Assembly (NCBI RefSeq): GCF_006345805.1
Contig: NC_042998.1
Span: 15,624,001-15,688,000, forward strand
Reading direction: 5' to 3'
Origin: Octopus sinensis
Lineage: Eukaryota
Length of the DNA stretch: 64,000 nt
Shown one piece after another: positions 1 through 11,702 of this stretch (positions are counted from its first letter, which is position 1; the number at the start of each line of letters is the position of its first letter). The position numbers and the translations under genes were made by a program. The notes under the pieces were generated by a model. The model searched no databases. It worked only from the letters and a program-made list of their open reading frames with translations, and was not told where the DNA came from.

Positions 1-593
1 TCAGCGAATGTGCAGGCAAGATGAAGTTGTAGTAGAGGAGAGGCCACTCAATCCATATAATGTAGAAAAAGAAGTGAAAAATCAACAGCAATATGTAACT
101 GGTTGAGGACGAAATACAATCTAATATTGACGCAATTTGAAAAGAGATGAAGCATATCAAAAACCATGCTGTCTTATGGACCAATGGTCCCTGTCTCACT
201 CCCTTATAATAGTGAGTGCAGCATAAACTTAGCAGCAACAAACTGTCTTGAAATGATATGACTGGATGCATGATGTTCTCTTTGTTACTGATTGTAAAAT
301 AAATGTTTACTTAGGATATTTGCATATACGGTGATCCAGCATAAATTTACCTTTGAAGCTCAAAACAATTTTATAGATACGCATGCATATTTACATCTAT
401 GTGAGATTGTTTCGGTGAGTTTCAGTATGTGTATATATAACAATCAGGTTCAATAAATATTTCTGTTGGAAGATGCAGATGATGTGCACCAGCAATCATG
501 TATGGTAACTTACAAGGAAGAGACAAGTATAACAGGATCAAAAGGCAATAATAACACCTATAACATAGCAAGGAATCAGATTCACACTATATT

Positions 594-637
<44 letters not shown>

Positions 638-643
<6 letters not shown>

Positions 644-800
644 AATATGAGAGACTAACCACTATGTGGTCGACTCTAGTGATAAAAATAGATGGTATGG
701 CCACTAAAAATTGTTTCCAATCTTTAGTGGCTATACCATAGCGGATCTATTTTTAGCACTAGAGTCGACCAGATAGTGGTTACTCTCTCATATTTATGTA
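638..800. repeat. ~163 bp near-perfect inverted repeat (hairpin) next to a (TA)n tract
   Basis: TACATAAATATGAGAG..CCACTATGTGGTCGACTCTAGTG..AAAAATAGAT is mirrored by ATCTATTTTT..CACTAGAGTCGACCAGATAGTGG..CTCTCATATTTATGTA, with an inner stem GGTATGGCCACTAAA / TTTAGTGGCTATACC. Confidence 0.85.
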
Positions 801-901
801 TACATTTGTATTGTATCGCTGGTTTTTATGTGCTAAGCCACTTGGTATTAAATTGATGGTATCATTAAATTAATATCAAATTTTTCACCCTCATTTGTAA
901 G

Positions 902-935
<34 letters not shown>

Positions 936-955
936 TATAAATCTCTCTCCTGTAT

Positions 956-1003
<48 letters not shown>

Positions 1004-1024
1004 ATACATATATATAAATCTCTC

Positions 1025-1094
<70 letters not shown>

Positions 1095-1511
1095 TCCGTC
1101 TATATTATTTGTTATTTACAAAATATACACCGAGGAATTCCGGAGGTCGATCCAAGGATATTTAAACCTCTTATAGGGATATTTTTATCCGAGATACACT
1201 GCTTCAATACATTATATTTTGAAGAGATATTTCTTCAATGAATATGTTACATAAAATATCGTAAAATATGTAATATTATTAACGCGTTAGAAAACATATG
1301 GATCTAATGGATACAAATTAATTCATCAATTAATTAAAGTATTCACCTGAAACTGGGTCATTTCAATACAAGGCATTTCAAATGAAAAACTATATATTTA
1401 TATATGTTTTGTAATTTTTAGTTTGCTTGAGAAATGAAAAATTGTAGGTGAATATGCTAATTAATTAATTAATTAATTTTTACCCATTAGATCTAATTAT
1501 ATATATACTTT

Positions 1512-1860
1512 GATACTTTCATACTTTGATAAGTTTCAACCAGTATTGTCCCAGGCCATGTCTAACTTAATACCACCACCCGGCGAAGTCATTCAACTCA
1601 TGAAATCGGACATGGCCCACTCGAGTAGAGAGTTATTGTTTACGGAAACATATCCGGGTGTAGGAGGTTTATTCGGGATGTCTTGAAGGAATTTGTCCAA
1701 ATATTTCTGGGACTTTTTGGGATCTGCTTCTGTTTAAATGTGGTTTGGTGTAATGTTAAAGAGAACAGGGCCAATTGGCTTGAAATAGTTGTGTCCTATT
1801 GTTATGTGATGCGCGTATGATTTGTGTCGTCGGCGGAACTGTTGATGCCCAGCGTATTTT
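1512..1860 (-). mobile_element. 3' fragment of a CR1/L2-type LINE (ORF2 C-terminus + 3' UTR)
   Basis: Minus strand reads ..HNYFKPIGPVLFNITPNHI*TEADPKKSQKYLDKFLQDIPNKPPTPGYVSVNNNSLLEW. The terminal CCAGGCCATGTCTAA motif is shared with copies at 31.15 and 36.0 kb. Confidence 0.6.
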
Positions 1861-2416
1861 TAACACACAATCTCTGTTCACAACCAGTATATAGAAGCAA
1901 ACACGTCAACATAAACATCGTACGAACATGATTACAATGTTGCATACATGTAGAGAATCACTCAACACACATATCAACGTGAGAATATAAATCGCAAAAC
2001 TTGGCGATAAATGAAGAAAGATTGAAATAGTGTGAAGAATCTATAAGAGGGCATATCTTCATTGATAAGTTCACTGTCTGTGACGACTGAGCTTTGAAAA
2101 AAATCAACTATTCGAGCAATTGTTTTATTAATTAACAAATTATTTGTTAAATTGGTTACGATGCTGGATTGAAATTCAAGCATAGCCTGTTTTTACTGGT
2201 ATCTGACACGCCCAAAAGATATCGATATTTGTTCCAATGCACGACTTCTTAACCCTAATCGAGCAGCTATAATCGATAAAGTTCACTTTTACCGTGTCTT
2301 CTTTGATTAGAACAGAAAATCCAAAACCAAAATAAAACAATGATCCTAATAAAGCAACGGAGATATGACCCAAACTCTTCTGCGTAGACATGCCATAAAA
2401 TAGCCAGGTAAAAATT

Positions 2417-2503
<87 letters not shown>

Positions 2504-2657
2504 TTAATAATTATAATTATAATCCTTTCTATTATAGGCACAAAAGCAGAAATTTTGAGAAAGGTGCTGGTTGATTATATCTACCCCTGTGTATTTATTT
2601 CATCGATTCCGAAAAGATGAAGCACAAAATCGACCGCGGTGAGATGATAATAATAAC

Positions 2658-2727
<70 letters not shown>

Positions 2728-2729
<2 letters not shown>

Positions 2730-2898
2730 GCAAGGTCATGTGCTGTTTATCTTGATATGAGATCACCATGTCGTACACATATGGTTGTGATGCATGTACC
2801 TAGTGTACCCTTATCAGACGGGTAGTCATGATGGGTATACTGGGCTTTGTATATTTTACCCCAGTGTCACTTTGATGGCATGCACTGCTCTCTCACTC

Positions 2899-2899
<1 letters not shown>
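2728..2899 (+). mobile_element. 5'-truncated retroelement 3' end flanked by (TAA)n on both sides
   Basis: CTGCAAGGTCATGTGCTGTTTATCTTGATATGAGATCACC..TTTTACCCCAGTG..CTCTCTCACTCAATAATAAT; a longer homologous copy lies at 26400-26727. Confidence 0.7.
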
Positions 2900-2933
<34 letters not shown>

Positions 2934-2982
2934 TAATAATAATGATAATAATAATAATGATAATAATAATAATGATAATGAT

Positions 2983-3012
2983 AAAGCACGCTATAAAAAT
3001 AAAACTACTGAA
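2983..3012 (+). mobile_element. Extreme 3' tip of the R4/Dong-like LINE within (TAA)n
   Basis: AAAGCACGCTATAAAAATAAAACTACTGAA is identical to the 3' end of the large element (26103-26132). Confidence 0.75.
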
Positions 3013-3205
3013 TAATAATAATAATAACAATAATCATAATAATAATAATAATGATAATAATAATAATAATGATAATAATAATAATAATAATGGTAATAAT
3101 AATAATAACAATAATAATAATAATAATAATTATTATTATTATTAAAATTATTATTATTATTATAATCAGTATTATGATTAGGATTATTATTATTATTATT
3201 ATTAT

Positions 3206-3410
3206 GATACAGAGAAGAAGGTCAAGAAGAAGAAGAAGAAGAAGAAGAAGAAGAAGAAGAAGAAGAAGAAGAAGAAGAAGAAGAAGAAAAAGAAGAAGAA
3301 GAAAAGAAGAAGAAGAAGAAGAAGAAGAAGAAGAAGAAGAAGAAGAAGAGAAGAAGAAGAAGAAGAAGAAGAAGAAGAAGAAGAAGACGACGAAGAAGAA
3401 GAAGAGGAAG
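3206..3410 (+). repeat. (GAA)n microsatellite
   Basis: Direct reading; it generates the poly-R/E/K and poly-S/L/F pseudo-ORFs. Confidence 0.95.
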
Positions 3411-4811
3411 ACGACCAATGATGATGAGAAGAAAAGAAAGCTGAAAGAAGTGCGATAGTCAGTTAGCGTGCCGCACTGAAAAATGAATCCCCTTCATATG
3501 TTTATTCATTAGGTGGCAGAATTGTTTTGGTTGTGAAAGAGCAATAATGAAAGCAATAAGAGAAGTTAATCAATAAACTACTGCATATGAAATGTTGTGG
3601 AATGAAACAAGAAAGGAGAACGTCACCGTAAGGTATGTTTAAATATGTATAGCGTAGATATATCTGCTCTTCGTTTTATTTCGATTATATACTGCCGCTT
3701 ATTTTCATCTCTACCTTCGAAGACGCTATTCGAATTTACTTTCAGTTTTGAAGAAGCTTCTATCAGGCATTTGATACTTCAGATATTTGTTTCCTTCTAT
3801 TTTTATTTTTATTTTTCATTCCTCACTATAATAATAATGGACTCACGAAGTAGTATAGGTTGGGCAACGCTTGCTTATAAATTTCGAAGATCAATACAGA
3901 ACTCCTGCCAACTACATTCGCGAAAATCACTGTATATATGTGTGCATTTAAACATACATATATACATATACACAGACACACATACACATATATCGGTGTA
4001 TTTTTTGTTTCACTTCATAGCTCTTTATTTCTCAAAAAAAAACAAGGAGAAAATATAACACATCACAACACCAGTAAAGCAACACATCAACACACCCCAA
4101 ACTCACACCGTTCAATCAAACGGCACCATCAAACAGCTTTCGCATCATCCGCTCTACACACGCTATGTTGTAAAATCATTTGGAAAAGCTTCGTTCATTC
4201 AGTGCACTAAATAATCGATACTATATTCGCTCTAGTAAATTACTAGCATTGAACATCTGTCTAATTTCGAAAAAAAAAAGAAAAAAAACCAGAGAGGGAG
4301 AAACCACCGCACGTCATTAGTAACTAGTTGAAGATTAACCGTTGTTGCATGCATATATATAATTATACACTTATATATACATACACTCATACGCACACAG
4401 GTACACGAAAACACACATTTATAACACTCACACAAAACATAGTTTTGTTTATTCTTTTTAACCTAGCCATACCGGTTTTACATGCCCAAACATACGTTAG
4501 TCCACTGTTAGTACGGAAACTTTTTTTTACATCGCCGGAGAATTGCATGCATCTATATATGGAGAAAACATAAAGAATCCATATTAATACAAAAACTGGC
4601 AAAGCGTATGCACATGAATTCTGATCACGTGTTTCTTAAACAGATGGAGGTTAACGAAATGTAGGTCTCAAATCCACAAAAGATATATTAATATTTCTTA
4701 GTGATTATTATTTGCTTTGTTAAGAAAAAATATCTTCTTAATCTCCTTCTAACTCCCCCCTCTCTCTTTTATGTATGTATGCATGCTTGTCTGTATGTAT
4801 GCAGGTATATA

Positions 4812-6017
4812 CTGGATCATCCCATAAATAATGCGGCTTTTTCAATTGCATGAACTAAATGTCGGAGGAGGGTGGGATAAACTACATGCATCAACTTACT
4901 ATGAAAGCAGGTAGTAATTTTACATTGTATTTATTCTTAGTGCAAGTTTTGAAGAGTGCAGTTCGATTTTAACTGATATTTCTTCAAAGTTAAGATGGAA
5001 GTGACAAAGAAGCCTATTCGGCATATTTTGCTTTATGAGTTCAATAAAGGCAACAACGAAACGGAATGTGCAAGGAATATAAATGCGGAATATGGGCATC
5101 AGGCAATATGCATAAGACAGTGTCAATGGTGGTTCTAGAAATTCCGAGCCGGAAACTACAGCCTGGAATATGAGGTTCGTCCTGGCAGATCTACAGAGTT
5201 CGACGAGAACGTCCTGCAAACACTGGTGGAACAAAATCCCATCGTAACTGTTGATGAGCTAGCAGAGAAGCTTGGATTTGGTCATTCAATCATTCAACTA
5301 CTCCTGTGAGACATCAGAAAAGTCAGCAAATTGGGTAAGTGGGTGCATTACAAACGTTCCATGTTTAGTCGCGAAATGGGTTCTCTATAAAAATTGTCAA
5401 GTGCCCATGATAGTAGGTACAGAAAGAAGATATACCGGTACTACATGCTAAAGAAGGTATCCACCTACATAAAGTGTTGCTATCTCTTTCGTGGTATATG
5501 AAGAGTTTTGTCCACTTTGAACTGTCAAGCCCAGAGCAAATGTTAACAAAAGTGATCTACTGCGAGCGGCTTGAGCTGCTTAAGTCAGCACTAGAAGAAG
5601 AATGACCACCTTTGAGTTCAAGATGGGAGGTGTTCTTCCATCAGGGAAATGCTCGGCCACGGGCAGCGAGGATGACATTCCAAAGGCTGGAACAGTTTGA
5701 ATGGGTAACGATGCCCCCAACCACCACATTCACCGGACATTGCCCCATTTAATTACCATATATTCCGCAGTCTTCAAAATATTTGGACGGAAAAAAATAT
5801 GAAATTTGTAGACTATGTTAGAAGAGTACTGGAGGGATATTTTTCGCCACGGACAAGTAAATTTTGGAAGTGAGGCCTTGTAAGTCTACCAGATGGATGG
5901 AAGAACATTGTAGAAAATGAAACCGTGTATATTTTAGATTAAAGAAGGGTTTTGTTTATTCTAATTTTGAAAAGTTAAAGTATAAAAAAAAAATGCAATA
6001 AATAAGGGATGGCCCAC
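4812..6017 (+). mobile_element. Decayed mariner DNA transposon, TIR to TIR
   Basis: Left end TA|CTGGATCATCCCATAAATAATGCGG; degenerate right TIR GCAATAAATAAGGGATGGCCCAC; internal transposase pseudogene. Confidence 0.8.
4995..5942 (+). pseudogene. Mariner (DD34D-type) transposase pseudogene
   Basis: MEVTKKPIRHILLYEFNKGNN..RQCQWWF*KFRAGNYSLEYEVRPGRS..SKLGKWVH (WVPHEL-like); later FFHQGNARP and HSPDIAPFNYHIFRSLQN (YSPDLAPSDYHLF-like). Contains stops and frameshifts, and the TGDEKW segment appears deleted. Confidence 0.88.
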
Positions 6018-6684
6018 TCCTATCGGCATTTACAGCAAGTTGATGCAAGTAGTATATCCCATCCCCCTCCAACTTTTATTTCATGCAATTGAAAAACAAC
6101 AAGACGTTATTTATGGCGTGACCCAACACTTCAAGCTGTGAGCTGAAAAAATTCTGGTTTTGGTCAGGTGATATTTATTGTTCTCTTGTTTAATCATTGC
6201 GGTACGCAAAAACTGCGGCAAACCGTCATTTTTTCCTCCTGCAACCGAAGTCATTTGGGTTCTAAATTTTCCTCTTTAGCATATTCTCAGTTTTGAAGCT
6301 TAGTTTTATTAACTACAGTAAAATCCGGTATTATGTAGCAGTTATATCCTCTGTCATTTTTGCCATTTGTATACTCTTCATCGAAGATCTTCTTTGATTC
6401 TTTATGTTCCATGTTATATTACATTATTATTTACAAAGTTTATTGCACCTTGAAGATGTTGATTTTGAAGTTTTGTTTTCCCGTTTCAACGGTTCCGTTT
6501 CTGACATCACTTTCTGCGTCGTGCTGATTATCACAACATGATGAAGCTGTTTGATGGTTCCTAGTACTGCGCTTCTGTGTCTCATTTTCTTTATAACGTG
6601 AGTGCAGGCGGAGTTAGAAATGACTTTGTTGTTAAGTTGTCTTTGATTAGTGAAGCTTTTATGATCGTGCGGTTGGTTTAGATA

Positions 6685-7100
6685 TTTTACTTTACTTTAC
6701 TTTACTTATTTGTTTCAGTCATTTGACTGCGGCCATGCTGGAGCACCGCCTTTAATCGAGCAACTCGACCCCGGGACTTATTCTTTGTAAGCCTAGTACT
6801 TATTCGATCGGTCTCTTTTGCCGAACTGCTAAGTGAAGGGGACATAAACACACCAGCATCGGTTGTCAAGCAATGATAGGGGGACAATCACAGACACACA
6901 GACATCTACACACATACATATATATATGCATATATACGACGGGCTTCTTTCAGATTCCGTCAACCAAATCCACTCACAAGGCTTTGGTCGGCCCGAGGCT
7001 ATAGTAGAAGACACTTGCCCAAGGTGCCACGCAGTGGGACTGAACCCGGAAACATGTGGTTGGTATACAAGCTACTTACCACACAGCCACTCCTGCGCCT
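6685..7100 (-). mobile_element. Full-length tRNA-derived SINE, family A
   Basis: Head AGGCGCAGGAGTGGCTGTGTGGTAAG..GGTTCAGTCCCACT (A/B-box-like), central (CA/TA) tract, 3' GGCGGTGCTCCAGCATGGCCGCAGTCAAATGACTGAAAC + (AGTAA)n tail. Confidence 0.85.
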
Positions 7101-8132
7101 GTAGTGTAGCAATTACATAATCTTGCTTGTCTTTTCGTTTTTCTATTTTCTTGGTTGCTTCTCTTTCGTCTCCTCCTTGCAAGATGTGGTTTCCGCCTTA
7201 GGAAAATCCCATGAGGATGACAGTGGAGGTGATTTTCCTGTGTGTCCAGGCTTACGTTTATGTTTAGAAAAACGAAATAAGGAGCGTAAGAGGGGGATTG
7301 AACTTAGACTACACAGTTGCCTGTCTGGTAGACTTTTCTTGTTCTTCTGGTGTTAGTATCGTTGTTGCTGCTGCTGGCTTCCATATCGACGATGGTGTCG
7401 TTGCTACTGCACAACAGTTGATTGCATTGCTTCTTCTGCTATTGCTGCACCTGTTGATTTTGATGTTGTTCTTGTCTACTTGGCTACAGTTTTTCAAGGC
7501 TATTGTTGTTAGAAATGTAATGTTGGCTGTAGTGGGAGAAATCTCTTACGTGGTCCTTATTTTCCCGTGGCCCCTCGGTTCTCTACTCTCCACAATCACG
7601 CTTAGTTTCGTTCTGTAGAGAGTTAAGGTCTAGGATCGTTTCTAGATGTTCTGGTTCTACATAATCCAATTTCCACATCGTTCTCTTCACATCCAGTACT
7701 GCTTTCTTTCCAACACTGTACAAGTCAGTTTCCATCAGAGATATATCTAATGTATTCCCCACTATTGTTAATTTACTAAACTTCTTCCCAAATATATGGT
7801 GAAGAGAGCGTAGTCATTCCTCCTGTAGGGGACTGCTAAATGTTGCCTTGCGAATGTAGGTCTCGGTTTTAAATAGATGCTCAACATCACCGAACTGTTT
7901 CACTCATGCTAAATGTTCCATGTTCTGCCATACATCGGGAAAAGACCTTGTTACTTGAGCATTGGTTGCGGTTTCTAGATGACCACTTTTATATATAGTA
8001 GTCTCTTCAGAAGTTGCACTTAAGGATTCAAAGGAGGGGGTAAGCTTTGCCTTTCTCCTCACACTTTGCCAGTCTACGCAATAGGATGACGGTACATAGA
8101 TCGGAGATTAAAATACGGAAATACAGAAATAT

Positions 8133-8283
8133 ATGATTAAGCGAGCACATCCATATTTTGCGCCACTAACGAACAGCCCAACTTCAGAAATTTCCCACTC
8201 TAAATTCAAGGACAATACAACCTATTATCAGCGAATTAGCAAAAAAGCATATTTTATCGCAACATATGAACCTCTTTTGAATC
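8133..8283 (+). pseudogene. Penelope-like GIY-YIG endonuclease C-terminal remnant
   Basis: FKDNTTYYQRISKKAYFIATYEPLLN resembles the PLE GIY-YIG C-terminal R..E..FI....P.LN motif. Confidence 0.45.
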
Positions 8284-8845
8284 CTTTCACCACGGATGAA
8301 ATAACTAAAAGAATTTAGAACAATTCCAACCATTACTGCTACGACTACCACAGGACATTTTAGGCCATTTGACCATTAAAGAAGATTCCACAAACAATCT
8401 ACTGTGTATTTTCCATCTCCCGCTTCCTCTTCTTTCCCTACGTCTTCTATTCCATCTTAATCTACTTATTCCTCTCCTCATCCTCATCCTCCTTCTTCCT
8501 TTTCTGTTTCTCCTCTTGTTCTACTCCTCCCTCGACTACTCCAGCTTAAAACATCAATTCTCTGTACTCACGAGACTATTTCTTCAGATTTGCTACCAAC
8601 TACAAACCTAGCATTCACAAAGAAGAGAGAGCCTATTTGAAGACTATGGGAAATATTTTCAAAATATTTCACTTAATTTTTTCTCCCGTTTAATTGTTTT
8701 TTCTTATTTTATTCTAAAAGGCGGAAACCGGAACTGAAATGTACTTCCTGATACCCTTTACGGATTCTCTTTTGGACATTTACTTTCCGGCTGCACCTCT
8801 CCTACCTACGGATCACTGTGGACTCTACTCTTGATGAATAATCCT

Positions 8846-8899
<54 letters not shown>

Positions 8900-10027
8900 A
8901 TATATATGCACACATATAAATATAAACATACATGCGTGCATACATACATACAATTACCACAGGGCCTTGTTTGACACGTTGTTCCAGCGTCCTTTTCATT
9001 TGCAAATTCGGTCACGGTTTTCAGAAATCTACATGTTTTTCATGATCTGGCAATGATTTGAAATTAGAGCCATTTGTTCATTCGTCAGTAACTCCGCACT
9101 CTTCATCCTTGTTACAAGAATTGACAAAAAGAGGGCAACTGAATTCTTAAATCCTATAGTTAGTCATAGAACACTCCTGGATCATCGAGAATCAGTTAGA
9201 ATTCTCTGAAAGTTTCCTGATTATGTTTTGGTAAAAATTAATATTTAAAGTTACATAAGGGATTATCTGTGAAAATTATGGTGTGGCTGGATACCGCGGA
9301 TGAGTCTCAACATATTTCACCGAAACTACTAAATTAGTGCATGTGAGGCAGTGATGTTAATTATCCTAGACTACTTTCCACGATATTATATTGTCTATGT
9401 ATATATATATATATATTTAATATTTTGCTTACATTCACTCTAGGAACATTAGTCCTGCAGAGCTGAGGATTTTTGTGAGATTCAGTCATACACACCATAA
9501 TTTCTTGAAATAAACATCTGATCTCCTGTTCCTGTTTTTTCTTTCTATTATTTTTTTACCGTACACACAGAACATGTAAGCATGGTCGCTTGGACTGAAT
9601 AAGAATGGGAATTCTTTAAGTTAATTCATGAAAAGGTGATTCGGTGTGTCATATTTTATTGGTGATACGAGTCATATAAGATTCATGATGTGCTATTGAC
9701 TGTGTAAATTAGTGTTGGATCATGGCCTCCCATATATGTTAACACTCCATAAAAGGAAGCAGCACTAATATATATTTCATGTTTCACCTTTTTCTGGTAA
9801 CTCATATATATTTCACTTATTTTTCCCTTGATTTACTGGAAATACTTATATATATATATGCATTTTACAAAGTAAAATTATATAGAATTGGAAGGGATTT
9901 CGTTTACATTGGCTGTGTTGTATTACCAAATAATATTGAAATGATTTTAATTATTTTTATATGCACATATCAGAAATATTAAATTTCTAAATATCTCATA
10001 GAGATATGTACGGTGGTGGGGCGATAG

Positions 10028-10423
10028 AGTGGTTGTATACTGTCAACTTAACGTGACAGTCCTGTAAGGGAATTACACCACCACTGTTTAGCCCTAGGAA
10101 GCATCGACGCATCCTGTCGGCCTTGACACATTTCCTGTGTCCTTATATATTTACGAAGGGGAGACAAACACCCCCACCAGCTAGGCCTGCATCTAGAGAC
10201 ACGCATGTTTCAGTGACTTTGCCCATCATCGGTCTAAGACCCTGAAATATGCGTGTCTCTAGATGCAGGCTTAGCTCTTGGGGGTATTTGTCTCCCCTTC
10301 GTAAATATATAAGGACACAGGAAATATGTCAAGGCCGACAGGAAGCGTCGATGCTTCCTAGGGCTAAACAGCGGGGGTGTAATTCCCTTACTGTCACGTT
10401 AAGTTGACAGTATACAACCACTA
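10028..10423. repeat. ~395 bp fold-back element (two ~190 bp arms, ~25 bp spacer)
   Basis: AGTGGTTGTATACTGTCAACTTAACGTGACAG..GCATCTAGAGACACGCATGTTTCAG is mirrored from CTGAAATATGCGTGTCTCTAGATGC to GTTAAGTTGACAGTATACAACCACTA. Confidence 0.92.
10192..10238 (-). ncRNA. Degenerate type I hammerhead motif at the hairpin centre
   Basis: Minus: CTTAGA CCGATGA TGGG CAAAGT CACT GAAA CA TGCG TG TC TCTAGA. Helix I has 5 bp and the cleavage triplet is GUC; helix II is damaged, but the other arm reads CCCT-GAAA. Confidence 0.5.
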
Positions 10424-11590
10424 TATGCACATAGTTCGTGTAGAACATGTCAAATACGTATTTGAATATACTTGGGCAGAAACTTATCTAAAATTATTGC
10501 AAGATAATCCTGGTAAATTCTTTCCAAAGCTAGTAGCATATGAACGAATTTGCTATGAATCTACAGGTTTGAAACAGTAACTTTGATCTCTTGAGCTTTC
10601 TCAAGTAACCTTATCCTTCAGATGTAAATGCCAGCACCCAAAAGAAAACATCACGGATAAATTAGAGAAGTCCTTAATGTTTTTGATTTTCTTAGGTGAA
10701 AGATATCTCGTACAAAGTCCTATAGAAATAGAAATTTGAATATCTTGGTCTGTCTGCAATGAAGATCAAACACAGGATTGAAATGTGCATCTTTAAAACC
10801 CATGAATTATATATGTTAAGGTTGCTGAGTATGTGACTTAAAGACAGATAAAAATGTATAGAAAAGTCACAGAAAGAGAAGTATTAGTAAAAAAATAAAA
10901 TCTTCGTACTGTAGTAGAGCGTAGTGTTTATTTTTCAGACATTTATGCACTACATGAACAAGTGCTCTCTGTAAGAAAAAAAATATAGGCAGAGGAACGG
11001 CGGGGTAATATAGTCGAACTTACAATTAAGTGATTTTTTTCTGACCAAAGTAAATATCCAACTAAGCTGTATAGAATGTTTTGAAAGTTAAATCAACCAA
11101 TGAATTTTCTTAAAAATGTAGTTCCAACTGAACAATAGGTACGTATTCGTTTGAAAAGAATATTACAATAAAAATAGATTTACTTAACTTCACTTTTAGA
11201 TATCATTACTATATTCGATACCATTTTACGTGGTTATGCAGAGTTCACTTTTTGTACCTTTAAAGTTGGCATCTACAGTATCTTTCTGCTTTTGTCGCTT
11301 ATTATAGGGATCAAACTTTAAAACTTTAAACGATCAACATACATCTTATTGATTCACAAGTGTATAGAAATGTAGTCATTGTTTTATACTTTTCAATTAT
11401 TGTATTGTACGCATGGTGACCAAGAAGTACTTAGTGAAACAAAATACACATGATGTTTATTTTCTTAGATTGTTACTATAGTATCTGAGAGTTTTGACGT
11501 AATGCTAAGTTACAGGATCATAAACAAACTAACAGCAATTGTCAAATGGTGATGAGGAAAGACACGATACAGACAGAGAAGAACACACAG

Positions 11591-11643
<53 letters not shown>

Positions 11644-11661
11644 ATATATATGTGTGTGTGT

Positions 11662-11702
<41 letters not shown>

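Noticed and set aside
690-740. Hammerhead relic in the centre of the 638-800 hairpin (CTAAAGA TTG GAAA CAATT)
   Set aside because: No helix II, and the apparent pairing is explained by the palindrome itself.
7140-8100. Decayed coding-like stretch on the minus strand (possible LINE ORF1)
   Set aside because: Multiple stops and no diagnostic motif recognised.
9295-9350. CGGATGA GTCTC..CACC GAAA CTACTAAAATTAGT
   Set aside because: Core mismatch, with helix II and helix I unpaired.
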